In this document: positions 19,924 to 30,463 of the stretch, in pieces | How the letters are laid out: each line of letters opens with the position of its first letter | Position numbering within the stretch: position 1 is the first letter of the stretch | Assembly: GCA_048270185.1 (NCBI GenBank) | Contig: JBLWTJ010000004.1 | Location: forward strand, 1-64,000 | Length of the DNA stretch: 64,000 bases | Source of the DNA: Bacteriovoracaceae bacterium | GTDB lineage: Bacteria > Bdellovibrionota > Bacteriovoracia > Bacteriovoracales > Bacteriovoracaceae | Reading direction: 5' to 3' | Notes under the pieces: generated by a model | Told to the model about the DNA's origin: nothing | What the model saw: the letters and a program-made list of their open reading frames with translations, nothing else | The model's database searches: none | Made by a program: the position numbers and the translations under genes

Positions 19924-21063
19924 CTACATCTCCTTAACGCCAAGCTGAGGTCCGAGCTCTTCTGGGTTAGTTGAATATGACATGGCCGTTTCAACATCGA
20001 TTGCACCTGAATCAACATGTTTTTTAATTGATTGGTTCATCGTTGTCATACCTGTCTTATCTTGACCGATCTGCATTTGAGAGTAGATCTGGTGCATTTT
20101 ATCTTCACGAATAAGGTTTCTAATAGCCGGAGTTGGTCTTAAGATCTCAAGACAAGCAACTCGTCCAGGTTCATAAGTCTTTGGCAGAAGTTGTTGTGAA
20201 ACAACACCTTGTAAAACAAATGATAGAAGTGTTCTTACCTGATCCTGTTGATCAGAAGGAAATACGTTTACGAGACGGTTTATAGTTTGTACACATGAGT
20301 TTGTGTGAAGCGTTCCAAAAACTAAGTGGCCTGTTTCAGCAATAGTTAAGGCTGCTTCAATTGTCTCAACATCTCTCATCTCCCCAACGAGAACAATATC
20401 AGGGTCCTGACGTAGAAGACCTTTAAGCGCATTTTCAAATGAGTGTGTATCTCGTCCGATTTCTCGTTGATTAACGATACTAGTTTTATGAGGGTGGACA
20501 AATTCAACCGGATCCTCAAGTGTAACAATATGGGCAGGCTCCATCTCATTAAGACGATTAATAAGAGCGGCCAATGTTGTCGATTTACCTGAACCAGTTG
20601 GTCCCGTTACAAGAAATAGTCCATTTGATACATCTGACATTTCCATTAAAACATTTGGTAGATTCAGTGCTTTAAAATCAGGAACAGCACTTGGAATTAA
20701 ACGAAAGACGGCCGCAACGCCACCTTTTGAATAAAAGATATTGGCCCTAAAACGAGCAAGCCCCTTAATACCAAAGGCCAAGTCTAGCTCCAAGTTCTTC
20801 TCAAATTCATTTCTTTGTTCCTCAGAAAGAATTTGATAAATTAATGATTTACTTGATGAAGCATCTAAAGCAGGAAGCTTTACACGAACGATATCGCCAT
20901 TTACTCTCATTGCAGGTGGTGTACCAGGAGTGAGGTGTAAGTCAGAACCGCCGTTATCAACCATCAGCTTAAAAAGTTGTTGAATCTTTAAAGACTCTGC
21001 TCCTTGGACTGAACCGGCTTTCGTTTCCGTTTTAGTTTTGGTTTGTGTATTATCACTACTCAT
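19924..21063 (-). CDS. pilT: pilus retraction ATPase PilT
   Basis: GPTGSGKSTT, TLEDPVEF, ETGHLVFGTLH, AIRNLIRE. Confidence 0.97.
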   Translation of the reverse strand: MSSDNTQTKTKTETKAGSVQGAESLKIQQLFKLMVDNGGSDLHLTPGTPPAMRVNGDIVRVKLPALDASSSKSLIYQILSEEQRNEFEKNLELDLAFGIKGLARFRANIFYSKGGVAAVFRLIPSAVPDFKALNLPNVLMEMSDVSNGLFLVTGPTGSGKSTTLAALINRLNEMEPAHIVTLEDPVEFVHPHKTSIVNQREIGRDTHSFENALKGLLRQDPDIVLVGEMRDVETIEAALTIAETGHLVFGTLHTNSCVQTINRLVNVFPSDQQDQVRTLLSFVLQGVVSQQLLPKTYEPGRVACLEILRPTPAIRNLIREDKMHQIYSQMQIGQDKTGMTTMNQSIKKHVDSGAIDVETAMSYSTNPEELGPQLGVKEM

Positions 21064-21074
21064 AATCTTTCCTG

Positions 21075-22751
21075 TTATAATTTATCTGCACTTGAATTTT
21101 TTACTGCTTCTTCTAGTGTTGTCACACCTTCAGCAACCTTGGTTAAAGCTGACATTCTAAGAGTTTTCATACCATCAGCAATTGCCTGTTTCTTTAAATC
21201 GTCTGATGAACAATGCTTAAGTACAAGTTCACGACAGCCTGCTGTCATTTCCAAGACTTCATATATCGCGACACGGCCCTTGTAACCACTTTGATCACAG
21301 AACTCACATCCCTTACCATGGTAGACCTTTATTTTCTTTGCAGACTCTGGTGTAACCCCACATGCAACAATTTCTTCGACGGTAATACTTTCATCTACTT
21401 CTTTACACTGCTCACAAATTTTACGACACAGACGTTGAGCAACAACAACATTGAGGGCACCAGTTACTAGGAATGGTTCAATCCCCATATTTAAAAGTCT
21501 TGTTACTGTTGATGGGGCATCATTGGTGTGAAGAGTTGATAAAACCATGTGACCAGTAAGTGCAGCTTCAATTGCAATCTCACCTACTTCTTGATCCCTA
21601 ATCTCCCCAACCATGATAATATCAGGATCTTGACGAAGGAATGCTTTAAGGGCCTTTGCAAAATCAAGTCCAACTTCCTTTCGAACGTTTACCTGATTGA
21701 TTCCTTCTAAGTTAAACTCACAAGGGTCTTCTGCAGTTGAAATATTTTTATCAATACGATTTAGCTCTGCCAGTGCAGAATATAAAGTTGTCGTCTTTCC
21801 TGATCCTGTCGGTCCAGTCACGAGACACATACCGTATGGTTGCTTAATACCTTCCTGAAAAACCTCAATTTGTTTTTCTTCAAAACCAAGTTTCTTCATA
21901 TCAAGCTGTAAGTTAGATTGATCTAGTAGTCTCATTACTACTTTCTCACCAAACAGAGTAGGGAGTGTTGAAACGCGGTAATCAATAGGGTTACCGTCAA
22001 TCTCTAGCTTAATACGGCCATCTTGTGGAATTCTTCTTTCAGAGATATCTAGCTGAGAAAGAATTTTCATTCTCGAAACAAGTGGTAATAGCATCGATTT
22101 TGGAGGTGATGCATACTCCACGAGTGAACCATCAAGGCGAAATCTAATTCTAAAATTATTCTCATACGGCTCAACATGAATATCTGATACTTTTTTAATA
22201 TATGCTTCAGCTAAGATTTTATTAACATAGGAAATGATATCTTCACCAATATCTTCTTCTTTTACATTTTCATCACCTTGTGGGGCATCGGCCCTAACCT
22301 CTCGAACAGTCTCTAAAATCTCATCAATTGATGCTTGAATATTTTGATAGAGTTGCTTCCAAGATGATAGTGAAGTTAATACAAATTGGACGTTTGATTG
22401 AACTTCTTTTTGGACTTCAGCTTGAATTTCAACAAGTGAAGGATCGAAGATGGCCAACACAAGAGTTCCGGCTTGTCTCTTAAGCGGGACAATTCGAAAC
22501 TTTGTAGCAATACCTTTCTTAATTAACTGTAGAGTCGAAGCAGGAACTTTTGTTTCTGCTAAATCGACATATGTTAGGCCATATTGTTCTGCAATTGCCT
22601 TTGCAAATTTAACATCATCAAAGAAGTTAAATTTTAATAAGTCGAGTTCAGATACAACACCTGCATTCTTATTAGCAGCAAGAGGCACCAAGTCTTTTCT
22701 TGGAACCATACCTGTTTTAGCAATAACTTCTAAAAATTCTTTTCTAATCAA
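21075..22751 (-). CDS. pilB: pilus assembly ATPase PilB
   Basis: SDIHVEP, GPTGSGKTTT, LRQDPDIIMVGEIRD, tetracysteine motif CEQC..CEFC. Confidence 0.96.
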   Translation of the reverse strand: MIRKEFLEVIAKTGMVPRKDLVPLAANKNAGVVSELDLLKFNFFDDVKFAKAIAEQYGLTYVDLAETKVPASTLQLIKKGIATKFRIVPLKRQAGTLVLAIFDPSLVEIQAEVQKEVQSNVQFVLTSLSSWKQLYQNIQASIDEILETVREVRADAPQGDENVKEEDIGEDIISYVNKILAEAYIKKVSDIHVEPYENNFRIRFRLDGSLVEYASPPKSMLLPLVSRMKILSQLDISERRIPQDGRIKLEIDGNPIDYRVSTLPTLFGEKVVMRLLDQSNLQLDMKKLGFEEKQIEVFQEGIKQPYGMCLVTGPTGSGKTTTLYSALAELNRIDKNISTAEDPCEFNLEGINQVNVRKEVGLDFAKALKAFLRQDPDIIMVGEIRDQEVGEIAIEAALTGHMVLSTLHTNDAPSTVTRLLNMGIEPFLVTGALNVVVAQRLCRKICEQCKEVDESITVEEIVACGVTPESAKKIKVYHGKGCEFCDQSGYKGRVAIYEVLEMTAGCRELVLKHCSSDDLKKQAIADGMKTLRMSALTKVAEGVTTLEEAVKNSSADKL

Positions 22752-22827
22752 GTTACGTTATCCTAATATTAGTTTTTCAAATATTCTAAATACTTACGTA
22801 TCAAAAACACCTGTTATTTATTTAATA

Positions 22828-23508
22828 TTATAACGTAAAATCCCAAAACTTTTTTGCAGCGAGTGCTTGTAGGTAAAGAAGTTCATATCCATCCACATAG
22901 GTGAGTTTGTTACTCAGAAATGATTGGTTATGTTTGTGTTCATAATTCATATCCCAGAAAATACTTTTCTTTGACATTGGTTGGGAAAAGTCGAAACCTC
23001 TTCCACAGCAGTTAATGATAAGTAGATTATCAAGGTTATGAAGGTGTTCATAATTGATATGATTCAAGTCACCATTTTGACGACGAGAGTATTGAGTCCA
23101 TTTGACTCCAAGTTTTTCTAAGAGAATATTGAACATTTTGGCCATGGCACCATCTCCCAAGATCACAATTTCCTTGGAAGTATAATTCTCACGTAACATG
23201 ATCTCTTTAGCTGCAAGATAGTCTGTATTAGTAGCTTCAAAAACGTCGCCACTCCTTTTAATACAATTAATTGCCTCTAGCTTTCTAACATCATCTTCCA
23301 TTATTACTTTTTTTAGAAAGTGTCTTTTATATGGCGCTGTGATTGAAAGGCCATGAATTTTAGAAAACAATTCTTCTAGCCTTGGAATTTTGTCGGCTGA
23401 ATCAATATCTAATAATTGATAATCGACTTTACCATCAAATAACTCATGATAGATTGAAGGAGACTTTGAGTGTGATATGCCCTTTCCTAAAAGAGCAAGC
23501 TTAAGCAT
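22828..23508 (-). CDS. aroE: shikimate dehydrogenase
   Basis: GISHSKSPSIY, SITAPYK, AINCI, NTDY, DGYELLYLQA; start placed at the ATG overlapping the ribF end. Confidence 0.88.
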   Translation of the reverse strand: MLKLALLGKGISHSKSPSIYHELFDGKVDYQLLDIDSADKIPRLEELFSKIHGLSITAPYKRHFLKKVIMEDDVRKLEAINCIKRSGDVFEATNTDYLAAKEIMLRENYTSKEIVILGDGAMAKMFNILLEKLGVKWTQYSRRQNGDLNHINYEHLHNLDNLLIINCCGRGFDFSQPMSKKSIFWDMNYEHKHNQSFLSNKLTYVDGYELLYLQALAAKKFWDFTL

Positions 23509-24421
23509 TGAAGTATTCTCTTGTTTTATCAACATCTATCTTAATTTGATCAATCAATTCATTTACAGATGTGAATTTCATTTCACTACGAAGTCTTTTA
23601 ACAAATGAAACTTCTATTTCATTTCCATATATATCATTATCAAAATCGAGTATATGTGTTTCAACGAAAATATCATTTCCATCATTAAAGGTTGGATTAT
23701 TTCCAATATTTGTTACTGAATACCATGTCGAATCACCAAATTTTGTCTTAGTGATATAGACACCATTCTTAGGATATCTACGGTAGCGATCAAGAGCAAG
23801 GTTTGCAGTTGGGATCCCAATTTGCTTGCCTCTCCCAGCGCCTTTTATCACACGCCCACGTATAAAGTAGCTACGTCCGAGGTATTTTTCAACACACTCA
23901 ACATTTCCATCTGTAAGCGCCTTCCTAACAACTGTACTTGAGATTTTATCACCTTCAACATCATAAGGAGTTAAAACGATAACCTCAGTGCTAAGTTTAT
24001 CGCAGTAACTATTCACAAATTTATGATCACCTTTCTTTTGAGCACCAAAAGCAAAGTCATGGCCGAGATAGAACTTTCGTGGCTCATTATATTTAAAAAC
24101 ATATTCTTTTAAAAACTCACCTGGCTCCTGCATAGAAAGATCACGATTAAATTCAATTTCTAATAAATAATCAACACCAAGATTAGAAATCAACTCTCGC
24201 CTCTCAGCATAGCTATTAATTAAATAATGTTCTTTGGGATTTAGAATTTGAATTGGATGAGGAGTGAAAGTAATAACTACTAACTTAAGATTCGATGCTT
24301 TACATTCATTTATAATATTTGAAATAACTTTTTGGTGACCTCGATGAACACCATCAAAGTTACCAATTGTGACTGCAAAATTTTTATCTTTAAGCTCTTG
24401 TAGTGATTTAATGATTTCCAT
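23501..24421 (-). CDS. ribF: bifunctional riboflavin kinase/FAD synthetase
   Basis: GNFDGVHRGHQ, ISSTVVR, GIPTAN, NIGNNPTF, ETHILDF. Confidence 0.98.
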   Translation of the reverse strand: MEIIKSLQELKDKNFAVTIGNFDGVHRGHQKVISNIINECKASNLKLVVITFTPHPIQILNPKEHYLINSYAERRELISNLGVDYLLEIEFNRDLSMQEPGEFLKEYVFKYNEPRKFYLGHDFAFGAQKKGDHKFVNSYCDKLSTEVIVLTPYDVEGDKISSTVVRKALTDGNVECVEKYLGRSYFIRGRVIKGAGRGKQIGIPTANLALDRYRRYPKNGVYITKTKFGDSTWYSVTNIGNNPTFNDGNDIFVETHILDFDNDIYGNEIEVSFVKRLRSEMKFTSVNELIDQIKIDVDKTREYFNA

Positions 24422-26063
24422 GAGATGCCCTTAAAAGCTCCTGCCAACAACTTGCTTCATATTTCAGAGGCAGTTTAGCTCCCTTATACTCATTCTTACT
24501 AGCATTTTCAATTAAGTCTACAAAGTACTTTTTAGTAGGAGCAGAGAGATCAACATAATTTACTTTCTCTATTAAACTATCACCATCTTCAACGTGAGCG
24601 CAAATATGTTTGAAAATTTGAGAGTAATTAAAATTCTTCTTTAATTCTCTAAATGGATCTCTACGGAAAATAGTTACAAAAGGCAGCATTGCAGCAATAA
24701 CCAATAGGACAACAAAACCACTTAGTACATAATTTACAATCTTCCAAATATTTCGGCTAAGTCGTGGCTTAAATATTGGGGCCATTATATTTTCACTCAG
24801 TTCACTCTTTAGAATTTCTTGCCTAGGTTGCTGTGTTTGATTAACTTCCTTGGTTTCACTAGAAGCTAAGTTCGTTGAGATTGTTCCTGATCCAATAATA
24901 GCAAGGGCCGGTATTTCTATTTTTGAGATATCAAATTGCCCTGTTTCCGGGTTAAATACAGCTAATTCGATTTCACGTTGGGGAATATCATCAGACGACT
25001 TTGCCAAGAATGTATAATCAAAGACTTTATTCTTATCAAGAGGTGTTTTTTCGACCATTTCTGCACGTGTTTCAAATACTTCAAATGAATCCGAACTAAT
25101 AATTCGAGGAGCATCAAATTTTTCCAATGCACCATCACCTTGTACCTCTAAACGTGCCTCAAGGACATCATTAACAACAATCTTATTCTTATTAAGAGAT
25201 AGATTAAATTTGTGGTCTCCAACTAGGCCAGTAAATGATTTTGGCATATTAGCAGTAGGAATCTCTAAACTTTTTATCTTCACACGATCACTTCTTAAAA
25301 CTTTCGTCTTATAAGTTGCTGTCGAAAATGAAAAAGACATACCGAATGCATTTCTATTGCGACTGCGGTAATCAGGGTATTGTATTCTTACTTCAACAGG
25401 ATCAATAGATAAATCACCTGCTTTTTCAGGATAAAGAACACTTTTGTAAACAAGTAATCTTTTAAAGACTTCTCCACTAATACTTACTCTTTCAACGTTT
25501 ACTCGAGGTAACTCAAATCTTTTTAGAAAGTTTTTTTGAATTGGAAATTTAACAAACTCTGGAGAAGTTATTTCACCTTTAAAATAGACATAATAATTTA
25601 GCTCTATTTTTTCACCAACATAGGCCTGAGTCTTACTAACTTCTGCACGAACGAAATAGTCCTGTAGTTTCGCACGTTCCCTTAAAACTCTAATCGTAAG
25701 TGTACGATGTTTAACAACTTTTCCACCTAAGTCGACCTTTATATCTTTTACGAGAGCACTTCCATTTGAGAGTGCCTTAAGTTCATAAACATAGTTATAA
25801 ACCTTCTTCTGAGTCATTTTACCCCCAGCAAAATAGCCTTTTACCATTAAGCGACTAGGGTCGTTAGTATTATCGGAGATGATCTCAGCATTCTTCAAGT
25901 TGAAAGTAACGTATGGTTCAAGATCACCATCATATTCAAAATTTATACTTAGTTTAAACGAATCCTCTAAGGCAACTTCTGATGCACTTAATGTTGCTGT
26001 TATTGCCTGAGCATATGTTGTAAAGCTAACTAAAAGTAATAACAATATTTTATACATTACCAA
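24408..26063 (-). CDS. batD: BatD family protein
   Basis: Signal peptide, repeated beta modules (YVGEK, LYPEKAG, PKSFTGLVG), C-terminal TM; in MoxR-VWA operon. Confidence 0.85.
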   Translation of the reverse strand: MVMYKILLLLLVSFTTYAQAITATLSASEVALEDSFKLSINFEYDGDLEPYVTFNLKNAEIISDNTNDPSRLMVKGYFAGGKMTQKKVYNYVYELKALSNGSALVKDIKVDLGGKVVKHRTLTIRVLRERAKLQDYFVRAEVSKTQAYVGEKIELNYYVYFKGEITSPEFVKFPIQKNFLKRFELPRVNVERVSISGEVFKRLLVYKSVLYPEKAGDLSIDPVEVRIQYPDYRSRNRNAFGMSFSFSTATYKTKVLRSDRVKIKSLEIPTANMPKSFTGLVGDHKFNLSLNKNKIVVNDVLEARLEVQGDGALEKFDAPRIISSDSFEVFETRAEMVEKTPLDKNKVFDYTFLAKSSDDIPQREIELAVFNPETGQFDISKIEIPALAIIGSGTISTNLASSETKEVNQTQQPRQEILKSELSENIMAPIFKPRLSRNIWKIVNYVLSGFVVLLVIAAMLPFVTIFRRDPFRELKKNFNYSQIFKHICAHVEDGDSLIEKVNYVDLSAPTKKYFVDLIENASKNEYKGAKLPLKYEASCWQELLRASHGNH

Positions 26064-27865
26064 TCCTTGCGGTCATTGTTCCCCTCAGCTGAAGTATCAA
26101 TAAACTTCTTCTGAAGTTGTGAGTCATCATTCATTATTTGTTTAAAGACACCATTTGCTTTCTTCATGCGCTTTTTCTTTTTGGCAGCTTCTTCAAGCTC
26201 TTTCCATTGTTGCTGCTGGGTCTTTTGCTGTTCTTTCTTATTTCCCTTATTGGAATCACTCTGTTGATCTTGTTTTTGTTTATCTTTCTTGTTTTTATCT
26301 TGTTGCTCAGACTTCGAATCTTGGTTCTTCTTCTCGCCCTTCTCGTCGCCTTTCTTTTGTTGGTCTTCTTTTTTATCCTGACCAGACTTGTTTTGATCTT
26401 TGCTATCTTTTTGATCTTTATTTTGATCCTTATTGTCTTTATTATCCTTATTTTCTTGATCGTCTTTCTTTTGTTTATCTTGTTTTTTCTTTTGATCTTG
26501 TTGATTTAATGCCAGTTTAACTTGTTCTTTAATGGCTTTTTGAAGTTCATCATTACCTTCGTTTCTTTTTTTCAAATAATCATAGATTTCGAGAGCACTA
26601 TTCATACGATTATTCTTCAATAGTGAAGTAGCATAATTAAATATATCTTCACTAGACTCATTATCATAATCCTTAAGTGTTTCGTTATATATTTCAGCGG
26701 CCAGTTTTTGACCATCTTTTTGTGAAAGATACATTTGTGCAAGTTTTAGTTTCTCATCTTTTGTTATATTGCCTGCACGCATTCTATCAACAAGCTCAGT
26801 TTGATATGGATCAACCTTAACTTCCTCTTCTTGTATATTTTCTTGTGCATTAACCTTTAGAGATGGTGCAAACATGAACACTAGTAAAACTAAGCTTATT
26901 GGAGAAAATGTTTTAAAACGACCAAAGAAAACAGATAAGACATAGAAAGCAATGGCCGCAACAATAATCCCGTATCCTAGAACAGGTCTTGACCTTAAGG
27001 TACCTTTAGAAAAACTATTTAAGTGCACATCTTTAAAGAAACCTAAAATATCACTGGTTGGTAAGCTATAAGACTCAACAAACCACACTTTAGCATACTT
27101 TGACTTATCAACTAAGTTTTCAAAGAATTGTTTATTAAGTTTTGAAACAATTTCAACTCCATTAAATTTCTTATAATTGAGAAAGTTTCCACGATTGTTT
27201 CTAACAGGTATTTTTCCACCGTCTGAAGTTCCAATACCAACGATGGCCAAGCTAATCTCCTCAGGAATATCAACATCGACGCCTCCGTGTTCTTCACCAT
27301 CTGTAATTAAAAGAATATTCCCCTTACTGTATCCTTCTGTTGTTTTAAAGTATTGAAAGGCTTCTTTTAAAGCAAGACTAACATTAGAACCACCTTCAGG
27401 TTTTGCTGATAGCATTGTTCCGAGCCTCGATTCAAGAATATTGACATCATCAGTAAAGGGTACAATCTTTCTTTGCAGATCAGAGAAAATACTAAGTGAT
27501 ATCTGATGCCCATAAGCATTCTTCACAAAGTGTTTTGCTATAATTGCAGCCTTTGAAATTCGATTTGGTCTAATATCTTCGACAAGCATACTCATTGAAT
27601 TATCTATGAGTATTAAAGTTCGTTGGTTAGGAATATTTGATTGAACTACTTCTTCAGGTCCTCTCAAGTCCCCAAGTGATATAACAAAGGTTACAAGACT
27701 TAGTAGGTAGAAGATAATAGAAATTTTCCCAGTCCCTCTCGCTTTAAGATTCCATATTTGTTTAACTAATTTAAAGAATTTTCTTCTAATTCTAAAAAGA
27801 GCTATGAAGAATATAGAAAGTATAGCTAATGCAGCAAATAGAAGTTTAAGATTTGTAAAATCCAT
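26057..27865 (-). CDS. VWA + TPR protein (BatB/BatC-like fusion)
   Basis: MIDAS-like DNSMSMLVEDIRPNRI, ITDGEEH, TM, TPR, Q/K/D-rich tail, terminal RKDW. Confidence 0.85.
   Translation of the reverse strand: MDFTNLKLLFAALAILSIFFIALFRIRRKFFKLVKQIWNLKARGTGKISIIFYLLSLVTFVISLGDLRGPEEVVQSNIPNQRTLILIDNSMSMLVEDIRPNRISKAAIIAKHFVKNAYGHQISLSIFSDLQRKIVPFTDDVNILESRLGTMLSAKPEGGSNVSLALKEAFQYFKTTEGYSKGNILLITDGEEHGGVDVDIPEEISLAIVGIGTSDGGKIPVRNNRGNFLNYKKFNGVEIVSKLNKQFFENLVDKSKYAKVWFVESYSLPTSDILGFFKDVHLNSFSKGTLRSRPVLGYGIIVAAIAFYVLSVFFGRFKTFSPISLVLLVFMFAPSLKVNAQENIQEEEVKVDPYQTELVDRMRAGNITKDEKLKLAQMYLSQKDGQKLAAEIYNETLKDYDNESSEDIFNYATSLLKNNRMNSALEIYDYLKKRNEGNDELQKAIKEQVKLALNQQDQKKKQDKQKKDDQENKDNKDNKDQNKDQKDSKDQNKSGQDKKEDQQKKGDEKGEKKNQDSKSEQQDKNKKDKQKQDQQSDSNKGNKKEQQKTQQQQWKELEEAAKKKKRMKKANGVFKQIMNDDSQLQKKFIDTSAEGNNDRKDW
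26190..26510 (-). repeat. low-complexity coding repeat (Q/K/D/E-rich tail)
   Basis: Imperfect repeats encoding NKDNKDNKDQNKDQKDSKDQNK. Confidence 0.75.
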
Positions 27866-28854
27866 TAAGCCACCTCTCGGTAAATGAATTTTCTAACACC
27901 TTCAACACCAAGTAAAAGCGCTAATCCAAAAAGTAGAAATTTATAGTAATCTTCTTGATAGATAATTCGACCTTTAATTTCTAAACCCTTTCTTTCCAAT
28001 TTATTAATTTCAGAAAGAACTTCATTTAGTGAATCGTTATCTGAAGCAACAAAATCCTTCCCACCAGACATTTCGGCCAGTTTTTGAAGTGTTTCAAAAT
28101 CCATACTTGCACCAGGCATATTTTGATAGCGTTTACGTCCAAAAGCATCGCGCCCAACAGGTAGTTTTGCATTTGGATCACCACCAATTCCAATTGTATA
28201 AATCTTAATCCCTAGCTCTTTTGCTTTTTCAGCAGCTTGCATTGGTGACATTAGACCAGCGTTAGCACTACCATCAGTTAAGAGAATGATTGATTTATTT
28301 TCTGCAATACTTGTTTCAGAACGGGCCAGCGCCAAACCGAGTGCATCCCCAATATTTGTACCTGATCCAAGAAAGCCTATATTAATTTGATCAACAGATT
28401 GCTCGACGAGTTTTAAGTCTGTCGTCACTGGAATTAAAGTAAAAACTTTATCACCAAACATTATAATTCCAATTCGATCGACTGGTGATAATTCAATAAA
28501 TTTTCTAATTTGACTCTTTGCCGCTTCTAATCGATTTGGCGGAAAATCTTCTGCCAACATTGACCTCGACACATCAACAACAAAGTAAATATCATTAATC
28601 TCTTTCTTTACATTACTCTTACCCATCGGTGTTTTTGGTCCCATTAGAGAAAAACCGATAAGGGCCCAAGCCACAAGACCGATAAAAAACAATATTACTC
28701 GTACAAAGGATGTTTTACTCTTTGTCTTATATCGTGGAGGAAGAATTAACTCACCTTTTTTAAAGAGAGAAAAATAGTCAATGGCCCAAAAAATGAGCCC
28801 AACAACGGCCACCAAGGCTAAATATTTGTTTTGGTATACATAATTACTTAGCAA
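27865..28854 (-). CDS. batA: VWA domain protein BatA
   Basis: DVSRSMLAEDFPPNRLEAAK, GTNIGDALGLA, LLTDG, KIYTIGIG. Confidence 0.9.
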   Translation of the reverse strand: MLSNYVYQNKYLALVAVVGLIFWAIDYFSLFKKGELILPPRYKTKSKTSFVRVILFFIGLVAWALIGFSLMGPKTPMGKSNVKKEINDIYFVVDVSRSMLAEDFPPNRLEAAKSQIRKFIELSPVDRIGIIMFGDKVFTLIPVTTDLKLVEQSVDQINIGFLGSGTNIGDALGLALARSETSIAENKSIILLTDGSANAGLMSPMQAAEKAKELGIKIYTIGIGGDPNAKLPVGRDAFGRKRYQNMPGASMDFETLQKLAEMSGGKDFVASDNDSLNEVLSEINKLERKGLEIKGRIIYQEDYYKFLLFGLALLLGVEGVRKFIYREVA

Positions 28855-29617
28855 TGATCTTCTCCTTAACTTCAGAGTGTGCCTTATTCACTAAGGCTAA
28901 ATCATCACTACTCCAGTCTCTCTTATATTGAATATCGTTAATCACATTAAGATAGCGTGATAGACCACTATTCATATCAAAGAATTCCTTATAGATATTT
29001 TGGTCTTTGTAAATTAATTCGTGATCTACTCTTTCTCTGGCATTTCTAAAATCTTGTATTCGTAATTTTTTATTATCTTCATAGGCCTTTCTTATTTTTA
29101 TCTTATGGTAAGCAAAGCAAATGATAACGAGAACAACAAGAAGGGCCAAGACAGTAATTGAATACAAGTAAGCTTTAGATTGATTCACTTTCTTATCGAA
29201 AACAATGAACTCTTTTATTTGAGCAGGCTCAGAAACAAGATTAACTTTTGATAAATCGACACCTAGGGCCATCCCCTTGTAGGTCCAAATACGAGGAAAG
29301 TTCGCCTTTGGCGCACGAGCTAAAACAGCTGTGGCTTCAACAATATAGTACTCTGGATTTGTTCTTAAAAAATACTGCTTCTTAACATTTATGACTTTAA
29401 TCAAATCAATGAATTCACGGGCCATTAATTCATTCTTTAAATCTTCTTCATGAACATCTGTTATTGGATAAAGTATTATTTGAATATCCTTGATTTCTCC
29501 GACATCCCAATTTTGACTTTTATCCATTAACTCTAAGCTAACTTTCGTATCGAGTGCATTTGCATTGATTGCAGTGAGAATAACAAAAAAGAATATGATC
29601 TTTTTACATATATCCAC
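28844..29617 (-). CDS. hypothetical single-pass membrane protein of the Bat operon
   Basis: Signal peptide, central TM; between DUF58 and batA. Confidence 0.65.
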   Translation of the reverse strand: MDICKKIIFFFVILTAINANALDTKVSLELMDKSQNWDVGEIKDIQIILYPITDVHEEDLKNELMAREFIDLIKVINVKKQYFLRTNPEYYIVEATAVLARAPKANFPRIWTYKGMALGVDLSKVNLVSEPAQIKEFIVFDKKVNQSKAYLYSITVLALLVVLVIICFAYHKIKIRKAYEDNKKLRIQDFRNARERVDHELIYKDQNIYKEFFDMNSGLSRYLNVINDIQYKRDWSSDDLALVNKAHSEVKEKIIAK

Positions 29618-30462
29618 TAGAGCATCTCCTTTACAAAATCCTCTAAGTAGCGCTCACTGACATTAATGTCTTTTAGACGAAATCCAAAATCATCAATTTC
29701 TCTCTTGCCTTTGAAACGTGTATCAATTCTTCCACTTCCTTTTCCTGCAACTCTGCCCATAACAGTAAACCTGAATTCATCAGAAGTATCCAAAGGAGTT
29801 AGAAGCCTGAAAGCATGAACATGTTTTCTTGCAGTTAGTCTTTTTAAAGTTTCAGAAGAAAGAAACTCATAGAAGTCGCTTAAAATAACAACTTCTCTTT
29901 TCTTATAGAACTCTCTTACAAGTTCAGCATCAAATTTAGCAAAGTCACGCTCACCTTGATTCACTAAGAAATTTGTATCAATATTCCCATTATCATCAAT
30001 AACACTAGCCTTTCTCAAGCTATCGACAAAGGCAACAAGGCCTGCCTCTCCTCTTTTCTTTTGCACTCTAACAACTTTATTATTTAAACAAATAATTGTT
30101 TCAATATAGTCATGCGTTTTCTCAGAGAGTAAGTAGAGAAGACTGATAATTTCAAATGCTGCCGATAGTTTTGAGTTTCCGTTATGACCAATAACCATCC
30201 CAGGACTACAGTCTAGTAGAATAGTAATTTCAACATTTCTTTCTTCTTCAAAAGTTTTAATATAAGGAGTATTCGTTTTGGCAACCATCTTCCAGTCGAT
30301 GAATCTTACATCATCACCATGGACATAAACTTGATGCTCTTTAAACTTAAGACCAGTTCCTCTAAAATGTGATTTAAGCATACCAATAGAGAAAGAATTA
30401 GCTCTTTTGAATAAGCTATTCTTCATTGCTTGAACAATTTTATGAACTTCAAGTGTTTTCAT
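29617..30462 (-). CDS. DUF58 domain protein
   Basis: FRGTGLKFKEHQVYVHGDDVRFIDWK..KTFEEERN. Confidence 0.93.
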   Translation of the reverse strand: MKTLEVHKIVQAMKNSLFKRANSFSIGMLKSHFRGTGLKFKEHQVYVHGDDVRFIDWKMVAKTNTPYIKTFEEERNVEITILLDCSPGMVIGHNGNSKLSAAFEIISLLYLLSEKTHDYIETIICLNNKVVRVQKKRGEAGLVAFVDSLRKASVIDDNGNIDTNFLVNQGERDFAKFDAELVREFYKKREVVILSDFYEFLSSETLKRLTARKHVHAFRLLTPLDTSDEFRFTVMGRVAGKGSGRIDTRFKGKREIDDFGFRLKDINVSERYLEDFVKEML

Positions 30463-30463
30463 C

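Noticed and set aside
26190..26510. Repeat-like DNA considered as a CRISPR array or VNTR
   Set aside because: Imperfect in-frame coding repeats; no constant repeat with unique spacers and no cas genes.
26138..26520. Very hydrophobic plus-strand ORFs resembling membrane proteins
   Set aside because: They are the antisense reading of the Q/K/D-rich tail of the BatB/C gene.
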